Assembly (NCBI GenBank): GCA_963924565.1
Contig: OZ004607.1
Span: forward strand, 8,246,001-8,310,000
Source of the DNA: Ascidiella aspersa
Taxonomy: Eukaryota
Direction of reading: 5' to 3'
DNA: 64,000 bases
Shown piece by piece: positions 38,046 through 48,632 of the stretch (its first letter is position 1; every line of letters starts with the position of its first letter). The position numbers and the translations under genes are program-made. The notes beneath the pieces were generated by a model, which was not told where the DNA came from, searched no databases, and worked only from the letters and a program-made list of their open reading frames with translations.

Positions 38046-38250
38046 TTGCAATAGTCCACAAGCTTTGAATGTAAAATAATTTTGTAAGTTTAGATTTATT
38101 TCATGCTTTTAAGTGAACTGAAGTGTTAGGTTCCCTTATCGTCTCAAAGTTGTTGCAATAGTCCACAAGCTTTGAATGTAAAATAATTTTGTAAGTTTAA
38201 ATTTATTTCATGCTTTTAAGTGAACTGAAGTGATTATCGTCTCAAAGTTG
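38046..38250. repeat. ~107-bp tandem duplication upstream of MCT paralog A
   Basis: TTGCAATAGTCCACAAGCTTTGAATG...TTATCGTCTCAAAGTTG x2. Confidence 0.9.
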
Positions 38251-38414
38251 TTCTTACAGCACAGTAAAAAAATTGGACTTACGAGTGTCATTCGTTGTTT
38301 CTAAATGTTCAAAACACCTAATTTTAACAACATTCTAAAACAAGCAAACTCTTCCAAATAATGAAAAAAGCTATTGCTGCCAGGCATAATATGTAATGGA
38401 GTGTTGCTCTTCCA

Positions 38415-38477
38415 CCAGTATATATAATAGATCGACGTTTCGACGTGCTATACAGAACGTCTTCATCAGGATACTGA
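38415..38477 (-). ncRNA. Minimal hammerhead ribozyme of the Penelope-like element
   Basis: Minus strand CUGAUGA-A-GACGU(loop)ACGUC-GAAAC-GUC|GAU: intact catalytic core, 5-bp stem II, palindromic mini stem III, short stem I (AUC/GAU). Confidence 0.8.
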
Positions 38478-39136
38478 CGCATCATGTAAAACAAGATTCC
38501 TTATAAATCGACAAGTAACAATTCGTGCGATTACAAACTCGCACCAACGCTCATTGGTGCAAGAGCGCGCGATAGCTTATCGGCATTAGAACGTTTTTAC
38601 GTTCATGGTGCTGGCGCGTGAATGGATGTTCCACGACTCAAGAAAACCTCGCCTGTGGTAATCGGTTTCCTTCGTCAAGACCTGAGCTGCAGAAAAGTTT
38701 ATGCTGTGCTTGTGGGTAGTTGCATGGCTTGCCAACGCTGATTTCTTGGCATCCTCCTTGCCCACATCCCTTTCGTGCTCCTTCCGGCGCGTATTTAAAC
38801 TTCTACCCGTCTCCCCGATGTAAATTTCGTCACACTCGCCGCACGGTATAGCATACACCACACCCCTTGTCGCAGTTGCATCAACCGGGTCTTTTGGGTG
38901 CGACAGCATCTGACGTAGGGTGTTAATTGGTTTTACCCCAACCGATACACCGAAATCGGTCAACACGACGCATAACATCAGTTAACTTTGGTATGTAAGG
39001 TAAAGTGACGAAGGCATGTTCTTTGTACTGGATCTGCTTCCGCGAAACCTTTTTAGGGTCACGAAGAATCCAGTCCGGGTATAGCCATTTAACCGCAGGG
39101 CATCATGTACCCTGCGCAATTCGGTTTGAAGCATCC
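38415..39136 (-). mobile_element. 5'-truncated, frameshifted Penelope-like retroelement (RT C-terminal linker, GIY-YIG endonuclease, pLTR remnant)
   Basis: GVVYAIPCGECDEIYIGETGRSLNTRRKEH..SALASH..FLES in ORF 38586-38978; upstream frameshifted LRLNGY/PDWI and FVTLPYIPKL; hammerhead core downstream. Confidence 0.9.
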
Positions 39137-39555
39137 TAACATACACCTAAGAAAAACCAACGTTCCAGTAATAATAACCTCGTGGTTTTCAAAGCGTTCC
39201 AGCAATAATAACAACATTTTAACCTTATTTCTTTACTAAGCACCTGTTTTTCCTAGAGTGGTAATTTTAAAATTAATTTAAATATTAAATCTCAGCAGTC
39301 TACACTCGAGTGGCCTTTAACCTTAACCAGAGCGCAGTCCTAAATTGTAAAGGTTCTTATACTTTTTGTTTGCGACGCCCATTTTGATTCTTTTTGAACT
39401 TTTGGATTTCGCGAGTCAATTTTAATTTGCTTATTTGTGTATAAATAAAGCACAAAACGTTACTGCATAGTCAAAAAATAGTGTAATTAATTCAGATAAC
39501 ACACTAAGTGTGACGTATAGCCTTGCACAGGATTATTGTTACATGTAGCCTAGAG

Positions 39556-40002
39556 CAGTGGGGCTCAACCGCCGGTCCGCCAAACATATTACAATTTTAT
39601 TTCCCAATTGCAAAATTCAAGATGTTGAAGGCTTCTCCATCAAATTTCGAACATCGCTAGCTTCGTAATTTGCAGCATTGTCACGTAACATAGAGTTAAT
39701 GGTCTACTTTCGACTTAATCGTACGTCACAATGCTGCAAGTGTTTTGGCAAACTGTTTAAAATTAGGCTACAAATTGTTTAAGTGTTAACCTTTAAGACC
39801 AGTTGTATGTGAAAGCTAAGAAGTGTTTTAGTTGCATACTGTTGCGTTATTAAATTTTGGGTTTGTTTTGATTTTTGAAGATCCACCGGTCCGCAAAACT
39901 TGTTTTAAAATTTTACCGGTCCGTATGCTAAAAAGGTTGAGAACCACTGCTTTAAAAAGGTTGAGAACCACTGCTTTAAAGAGGTTGAGAACCACTGCTT
40001 TA
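39556..40002. mobile_element. hAT MITE with triplicated right TIR
   Basis: CAGTGGGGCTCAACC left end; AAAAGGTTGAGAACCACTGCTTTA x3 (24-bp period). Confidence 0.8.
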
Positions 40003-40327
40003 ACAGATTAGCATTCACATCAAAAGTACAAGCGATTGATATTAAATGCTTTATCGTCAAGTGCTGTATATTCTAGTGCAGCGGTTCTCAACCAGTGCGC
40101 CATGGCCACAGACCAATTTAAAAAAGCTAGATTTATTGAAGAGATTAGTTTCATTTGTGTCACTATACCTAATTTTACAGGAATAATGGCTTGGGGAGCA
40201 ATTGAGTAGGAACGTAAATGAAATATAAATTTATTGTTATATGCTCCGCTATATTTTATTCTAAATCTTTTTATAGTTTGTGCATTCACAAAAATGGGCC
40301 ATGAAAGAAAACAAGGTTAGTCTAGAG

Positions 40328-40776
40328 CAGGGGTCGGCAACCTTTTTCTAGTCGCGGGCCAAAACCAAACTCAGAAAGGTCTCTGCGGGCCGCACAAAAT
40401 GATAACTAAGAATTGTGTTATTTTCATGTTGAAACAACTGTGAAATCATTTAAATTTCTTGCAAATTTTTATTACATTGCCGAAAATAAAAAAAATGTTA
40501 AAAAATATACGTCCAATATTTTGAATACGTTTTCCGTGACGCACTTGGCTGCCTTCCACGGCGCAACGGTAAAGAAGCGCTGATCTTGGTGAAAAGACAA
40601 CATCAAAACGTAAACAAACTGGATGTAGAATGATGTCGCGCGGAGCGCGAAAAATTTTCGCACTTACGTAGTTAAATTAGTCAAAAAGTATGTGGAACGG
40701 ACTCGTGTCTTATTTGTCAAGAAGGCGGCGGGCCGGACGAATTACATCGGCGGGCCGGATCGGTTGCCGACCCCTG
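40328..40776. mobile_element. hAT MITE
   Basis: Perfect 15-bp TIR CAGGGGTCGGCAACC; TSD GTCTAGAG/GTCCAGAG; related copy at ~7437-7990. Confidence 0.9.
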
Positions 40777-42034
40777 GTCCAGAGCGTTAAACTTTTAAAC
40801 TAACAACACTGGGTTTATGCACGATTGTTATAACCTTATAGAGGTCTAGGCACATTAGGTATCGTGTTGTTTTTGGCCTATATATCTAGCTGGAAATACG
40901 GCAATTTCATTTCCTTGCATTTTTTATGTTAAATGTAAACCTCGATATTTGATAACAGTCTTTGTACGAGGTAACATTCTTTTCAGGACGACCAAGACCA
41001 ACCTTAATTGTACATTTGCAGTTTTGCCGCTTTTCTTTTATAGCCAGAAACACCATTTCTTAAATATTTACGTCACAAAGTTTCTTAATATTACGTCACA
41101 ATGGGCTATGTGTGCTTTAAGCGAACATGGAATTTAATAAAATTAAAATATCATTCAGCCAAGTTGATTACTATAATCTTGTATTAACACAGCGCCCCAA
41201 AAGCTTCAATTTTAAATATGTTATATTCTCTTTGTATTAATATTATTACAGCTGCTGTTTTTCTTAGGTGGGAATTGTTTTGAAACAGCAGTTAAAACGC
41301 TCAACAGGGCAAAAATGTTGTGAACCACTGCCCTAATCCGCCCCCAAACTGCAATCCGAACTCCAGTCCACGCACCATATAGCAGTAAAGCAGAAAGTTA
41401 CAACCTGATTGAAAGAGTGACAAGTAATTCTTGAACATCGGTTATATTCCTTACCCAGTTTTTTAGCACTGCAATATTCTTACAATAAACTTTTTTTATT
41501 AGATTAATGTTATAAAAAACTTGTTACCGTTAGCATTAAACTGCTCGCCACGCCTTGGCCATCAACACTTTTCTAAATACAATCACAGTATGACATCGTT
41601 ATTTATTTCGAATTGATTTTTAAGTGCCGTGTACACTGTGCAATAATAGAACGTACGCCGAGTCACGGACTCACGATATTACTGTTGTATATAATAGCTG
41701 AGTGTAAAGGTGGCATAAATTTCAGGACAAAATTTTGGCTGGTTAGTTTTAATTACTGGATTCACATAATATTAAATTAATTTCCTTTTGTTTGTTTATC
41801 AGGGAGCTGCAAAGCCTTTAGCAGCTTCACAAATATGGATTTGACGTGCAACTAGAACAAAAAAACTAGGAAATAAGGATTTATATTGAAAAGCTTTTCT
41901 AAATGGCAAGGAGAAAAATATTTCACCGTTTTTTAACGTTAGGTATTTGCCAAATTGTGCATACGCTATTACAAAATAAATTTGTTACAAAATCAGTCGT
42001 ATTGCAGAAACTATAGTGCAAGCAATTTTAAACT

Positions 42035-44855
42035 TTACTTCACTATTTTTCCTCCTCTTTTTTGTAAAGCAAACGCGCACATGCCCATCAACATACCAGT
42101 CATCGCCATACAGATCAAAGTGTACCAAAATACGACGAGAAACGTTCCGAACCAGTCTACCAGAAGTCCTGCAATTTAAAAGNNNNNNNNNNNNNNNNNN
42201 NNNNNNNNNNNNNNNNNNNNNNNNNNNNNNNNNNNNNNNNNNNNNNNNNNNNNNNNNNNNNNNNNNNNNNNNNNNNNNNNNNNNNNNNNNNNNNNNNNNN
42301 NNNNNNNNNNNNNNNNNNNNNNNNNNNNNNNNNNNNNNNNNNNNNNNNNNNNNNNNNNNNNNNNNNNNNNNNNNNNNNNNNNNNNNNNNNNNNNNNNNNN
42401 NNNNNNNNNNNNNNNNNNNNNNNNNNNNNNNNNNNNNNNNNNNNNNNNNTAAAAATATAGAGGAGATGCCCTTACCAGATACTAAGCCACTGATAAACAA
42501 CGCCACACCGCCGGAAGTAAAGAACAGACCAAAGGCTAGGGGCATGATTCTGGGCTCCACCAGCTGAGAGATGGACGTTATAGATGAAGTGGTCACCGAC
42601 CCGAACGTACAGCCGTAAAGGGTCGAGTACACTGCCAGCTCCGGGGCCATAGTGCTGAGCAGGGGAATGATTTGTACGACGGAACAAACCAGAATCAGCG
42701 CAGCCACCAATGCTACGATGTGGTCGCTTAAGCTCTTGAACCTGGATATAACCACGCCAGACATGAGTCGTCCCAGAAAGTCACCGACGGATAGAAGAGA
42801 CAGCAGCATAGTGCTATTCGCTTTACTGATGTTGTTTGTAAGCGCGTGCGGGATAATGTAGATGTTCGGGACGTACATGGACAGACCCACACAGGTGTTG
42901 ACAAAGAGAAAGCAAAACCCGAGCCAGTACTTTTTCAAGAATTTTGTCGCTCCATTCGCGTCGTTATTTTTTTTACCGGACTTATCTTGAGGGTGTGTTT
43001 GTTGCGATGAACAATGAGCCTTTTGCTCTAACTTTTGTAAAGTATTCGAACCGTCCTCTAGATCTGCACAAGGCGATATAGGGTGCACCAAAGCACCGGC
43101 ACAGCAGGCGTTTAGGTTAACAGCCGCCAATATAAGGAAGGCACCTCTCCAGTTGTACGAGCCCAACAAATGCTGGTTGAGATAAGGGTAGAGCGAGCCA
43201 AGAGAGGTGGAGCCGCAAAGTGCGATTCCGTTTGCTAGCGGCTTCAAGGTGGAGAAGTAATACGATACTTGCGAAAGGGAACAAATTGACATAATCCCGT
43301 AACCAATACCTGCACACCAAAATAGACATGTAGACAAAGGAGAAAGTTTATTGTAGTGTTTTTATACAGCTAAACTTGAACGTTGGTGCTTTTCCAAGGA
43401 GGAAAGGCAATAGCGATACGCGCAGTTACTGTGTTTGCTATAGGCATTAAACAAAACAAGAGGAATTTGGAAATAAATTGTTGTATCGTGGGGAAAATAA
43501 ACAAGTGTGTCGCAGTGTGTGTCATCACCTTTTTAGTATTTGATTTAATACACTCGATGCATTACAGAACTAAAAAATAAATTTAAAAAAATGTTTTTAC
43601 ACCAAAATAAATTAATTCCGAGCACCCGGTTTCGAAATATAATATATAAAAAACAGGATGTCGTGATAGATAAAAGTTTAGAGGTTACGACACATGTGCA
43701 ATTACAGTGCTCTTCTAGTTTATTAGGATTGTCACTGTAAAATTTAGATGTTTTAATAGCCTACTGTACTGTTTTTTTTTATTTTTATTGGATTGGATTG
43801 CTTTTAAAAACCTGTAATAACGGATCCAAAGTACATGACAGCCATCACTGGTGAAATCGCACAGACAACGAGCCCAGTTGATCCGATAAGTCCTCCAATC
43901 ATTATAACCTGTCTGGCGTCCAGCCATCTTGACAGGATGTGGGGAAGAACACCTAAAAAACACAATTAAAGTAAGTAATACACTGACCTATTACTACTGT
44001 AATACACGCTTAAGAGGAAAACCGACATTGTATAGTTCGCATGGTGACGTGCTAAAGGAGTAAGTTTGACCTAACTGAATGAAAGCACTAAACTCATCCA
44101 ATTTTTTACTGACTTGACAGTATACAACATAAAGACGCTGTCTAGACATAAAGAGGATAGTGACGTAATATAGTGTTGACACTCACAATACACTGGTATG
44201 CCAATCTTCAGAGTAAAACCACTGCCTTGCCACAAAATGCTGACCAGACACAGCAAGGACACTACCTTGGCACAGTAAAAACACTGATTTGACACAAAGA
44301 TACCTACACATTCAAGACGCAATGACCTGACACTATTAGGACACTGATCTCACGACCTAATCACAATCACGACTTAAAACCATCGGGACAAAGACTTAGA
44401 GAAACTAATAGCTTGGCCACGAAAAAAGTTGACCATAAGCGTGTTGATACTAACCTGACACCAATAAGACACTGATCTAAACAGTTAAAATACTGACCTG
44501 GCGCAGCAAGGACCCTGACCTGACAAAATTAAGACACCGACCTGACGTAAAAAAAAGACGTAAAAAAAAATAGGATACTGACCTGGCATAGATAGGACAC
44601 TGACCTGACACGGTAAGGATACTGACCTGAAACAGTAATGACACTGACGAAGAGCGACATGAACCAGGATATGGACGCATTACTTGCACCAAACTCGTTT
44701 TTTATGTCAATGAAGAAGACACCAAAACTTTTTGTGGAACCAAAGGCTATCCCTCCGCACAAAAACGCCGATAGGGTGACAACCCAACCCCAGCCACCAT
44801 TTGGGGGCTTTTTGAGAATAACAGATCCATTAAGAGTTTTAATTTTAAGTCCCAT
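42035..44855 (-). CDS. SLC16/monocarboxylate transporter family MFS protein, paralog B (~445 aa)
   Basis: Exons 44627-44855, 43812-43952, 42476-43309, 42035-42168 (1338 nt incl. TAA). Same intron positions and phases as paralog A; PPNGGWGWVV, YNWRGAFLIL, GDFLGR. Confidence 0.9.
42183..42449. other. Assembly gap (N run) inside intron 3 of MCT paralog B
   Basis: Run of n bases. Confidence 0.99.
44455..44648 (-). repeat. 22-nt tandem array spanning the exon-1 donor of MCT paralog B
   Basis: About 8 units GTCAGTRTCCTnACnGTGTCAG, the first exonic; decayed units continue to ~43980. Confidence 0.88.
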
Positions 44856-44980
44856 TGTGTATTTGTGCCTATAGGGAAACAGGGTTTAGAAAGAAGAGAC
44901 TCTGTTGTGCACTTCGCGCCGCCATTGTTCAATAGAACAAGAAAACAGTCAGCCGAAAGCTAAAACATAATACGAATAAC

Positions 44981-45528
44981 AAAGGCTATACAGAAGTAGA
45001 TATCATTTTGAACGTTTAGAACAGGGGTTCTTACTTTTTTTTTTTAACTTTTTTTACCGCGGACCCTTAAAATTTTCTTTTATCTCACGTGGACCACTGT
45101 AGGCATAAAAAACAATTAAAAAATGACGTCATAAATTCACGTCACAGTACAAATAGACTTCATAAATTTGCTGATTTTGGTCCAAAAATGTGAAAGTGAA
45201 AAGGAGTTAAATACATTCAGTGCAAAACCGTTTTATTTTTAATTAAATTGTTTTCTTTAATAAATTGATTACTTCTTAAATATACACTAATATTTCAATT
45301 AGACCTTCGTGGACCCCCTAAAACTAGTTCACGAACCCCAGTTTAAGAACCCCTGGTTTAGAAGAACTCTTTATTCCTTTTCTACATAGAAATGAATAAA
45401 ACTATATTGAAACTGACTATGTTGAAAATTAATAAAGAATATTTGAAACGTTTAAAAGTATACCTACTTCTATATGGGCTTTGACATTCTTACTACGTCT
45501 TACTACAACCTCCAAGCATTATGCTCCA
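44981..45528. mobile_element. Palindromic MITE, same family, interrupted by the hAT MITE 45022-45355
   Basis: The two halves rejoin to a sequence matching 15665-15757; the right flank is the reverse complement of 15624-15664. Confidence 0.75.
45022..45355. mobile_element. hAT MITE inserted into a palindromic MITE
   Basis: TIR CAGGGGTTCTTA / TAAGAACCCCTG; perfect TSD GTTTAGAA. Confidence 0.9.
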
Positions 45529-48235
45529 AAAGCTAATGTTTCGCTAAAACGAATAACCTTTTTCTTGAGGTTTCGTATACAATGTATGGAAGACATGAAA
45601 ACATAATCTTCTTTTTCAATTCAAAATAAACATAAATATACATTTTTAAAGCCGGACTTAATTCATAGACACACTGGGTCAACTAAAAATGCCAAACACC
45701 AAAGTTTTTAACCGAACGAACTATTTTACGAAAATCACAAAGCTTGAATGTAAACATCACCTGCTTCAATAATAATAATCTTACGGTTCAAGTGAATGAT
45801 TTACAAAGTTGCCTAGCATTTTGCTACTGTATTTGTTTCGTTTGTTCAAGCATTTTTGGAAACTGCCAAAGTGCAGTTGCTAAAAACATTCGACCCTAAC
45901 CCAGACGCTTATTGGCAAAAACTAATTAATGTCAGCTCAATTTAACGTTTTTTTAGATTACTTAGCATGATGATTGGTATACAAGGTTCGAGTCTTAACT
46001 TTCTTTCTTCGATCTGCCTAGCGCGTTTGGCCCATTTTTTGTGTACCAAACTGTATACTACTTATTTCCTACTATTTGTTTACAGCGCCGGCTGTTTAAG
46101 TAAAGCGCCTAATGCAACCAAACGTGCTTTGTGTGTAAACAAAAGTAAAGCCCAGCAAACGACATTAAAATACAGCAGAACTGATTTGTCTCCTAACATG
46201 CGGTACTGAACTTTCTTTTTAGAACTTGTTTTGCTTATCGCTGTGAATTACAGCAAAAAACAAAGGCCTCTCTAAGGGGGTTGAGGGAAGTAAAACAACA
46301 CTCTGAAGCTGCATTTGTATTTTCAGTGTACTTGACAGTTGTGCGTTTTTTGTTGTGCAGATTGCGCTATGGTTCGGTGATTTTGTTTTTTTTCGTCTTC
46401 TTCAGCGCAAATGAACTACTTCAACGGCAATCAACCAGGCAGAGGCAATCGTAATAACAGAATCCAGTGTTTCTCGACTAATTTTTGCCGTAAGCCAACT
46501 ACTAAGGCTTGGGAAGTATAACAGCAAAGGTTTGGCGACACAATGCTGTTTACTAAACTTGTTGTAAGCCTAAAGCGAACAAAACACAAACAAAACTGTA
46601 ACATTATTAAATTCGAATAATAAATATCAACCATTTCTTCGTACTGCTTCCACAATTATCTCAATTTGTTTCAACATCTCAATAAATCTAATCCTGTGAA
46701 CTACTGCAGTCGGCGACTTTACATGCTAGTGGTTAAGCGCCCATGCTGTTTTGGAAATGAATTTATTATTTTGTCTAGTAGACATAAAAATACACTGCAC
46801 CTATTCATGGCGCTCAACGGTTTATGGTTGGGTGGGGAGGGATGGTGTTTTATAACATGACGCCATAAAACAACAAATCTAAAACATACCTGCTGTTTTA
46901 TAGATAATTCGTACGCAAACAGGCAGCTAAAATTTAACACAAGCTTGTAAAAAAATAATATGTTTTAAATTCGAAAAACTTCTAATTTCACAGCGAATCG
47001 GCCACATAAAACAGACTCGCGAGTTACTCGATGTAGTCTAATCGCATTTATTAATTTAGCAGAAAAATACTTACGAGAGTAGGCTATAGGAGTTCACATG
47101 GCGCATCAACATACCATAGTGTGCTCACCAAATTTAGACTAAAAAATTGTTCTTAAAACGTCTAAAAACTTGTTAGAAAATACAAAAATTCGCATTAACT
47201 TGGAGTTTTTTTCATTATTATAGGCAAAAAAATATAGTTTTTCTGGGGCATGCCTGGTGTGAATTTTATCTGTAAGTTTATATCACAATGTTAAATTTGC
47301 CGTTCCTTAAAGTTTATCCCATGTTGAACTTTCATTCAACAACATCGATATTATATTTATCAGGAGCATTGACTAAAAATATGAAGCTGTTTTTTATTAA
47401 CATCAGGGGGTAGACACACGTACCCAATGGTAACCCAACTAAGTATACTTACCAATTTACGTACTGTGTTCCATTGTTGTCTTTGTATTTAAAAAATCTC
47501 GATTTTCTACAAATGACATCAAGTGATTTTATGTTGCTTTTTTATGACGAGAAAGTAATCAAGTCTTGAGAAAAGTCATATAAGCTAAAACTCTATAAAA
47601 AGAACATAAATCGAATCTTTATAAAGCACAGAATTTTGCTAACTTGCCAAATAATCTTTTTTTAAATTAAAGTAAAATTCACGTTTTAAATATTAAAAAG
47701 GTTACAGCACGACACGTTTGCCAAGAAATATGAATAAAGTTAAAATAATACGCGTTTTTTGGGTAGAAGCAAGGTGTTCCACGTAAAATGCCGCAGAAAA
47801 CGGTAAAAAAGAATACAGAAGAACACTTAAAAGATATGATTGTCATATCTAAATGTATGAGGTAATAAATACAAAAATACCAGGACAATTGCCTAGTGAA
47901 CTGCCAACATGTTACAAATCTACGGGAGTTTATTTAAAAATAATTGATGCCTAGACAACGACTTTCTGTCCTTACAGCAAAATAAAAACCTGATTCTTTT
48001 CTACGCGATTTAAAATCGCGAAAATGGACGATGTTTACCAACTAAGCTTAAAGTGCCTGCTTATCAGTTAATAAAGTTAAAAACTAGCAGTAGCATAGTT
48101 TCTTCAACCTAAAGTTCGCATATAGAGTATAATGGTTAAATAGCAACAGTGTTGAATTGACTTCGCAGTTTGCACACATGATTGTCACTGTGATCTTCCC
48201 ACTTAAGAAAAACTCCAACATAATCACAACCAGCT

Positions 48236-48632
48236 CTACTGCGAACCGTAAGTCGAAATAAAAACGTTAAAAAACTCTTCCAGTCGCTTTTCGCCGTTGA
48301 AACAGAACTTGACAAAGTCCTGCTCAATGTCCTGGGCCGGGTAGTCGTCCAGGCAGCCGATTCGCCAGCGCTTGGTTTGCATGTAGTTGACCGACCAGTA
48401 GAAACCGGTCGAATCGAGTTCGGACTGGCCGACGAACCGGTTCAAACCGGATCCAGACCTGGGCGTGGCCGGCCGCTGTTTGAGGCTGAAAGAGTGACGT
48501 TGCATGACTCCGCCTTGCAGCGGGATTTGAGCGAAGACCTGCCCGGTGCAGTGGATGTAGTGCGGAGACAGGGACTTTTTCATTTTGGAGTCGAGATGTT
48601 GAGAGTCTGTGTCGTCTCTGATGAATCCAAAC
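48236..48632 (-). CDS. DEPDC5: DEPDC5 terminal exon
   Basis: CAATACAG acceptor; RFGFIRD..YIHCTGQVFAQIP..GFYWSVNYMQTKRWR..DFVKFCFNGEKRL; TAG stop. Confidence 0.92.

Noticed and set aside
41985-43337. 450-aa ORF and the opposite-strand 183-aa ORF (42016-42567)
   Set aside because: Artefacts of translating through the N gap. The real coding parts are exon 3 (42476-43309) and exon 4 (42035-42168, different frame).
44455-44648. CRISPR-like appearance of regularly spaced short repeats (also 54331-54486 and 59098-59310)
   Set aside because: The units are contiguous degenerate tandem copies without unique spacers, the context is eukaryotic, and there are no cas genes.
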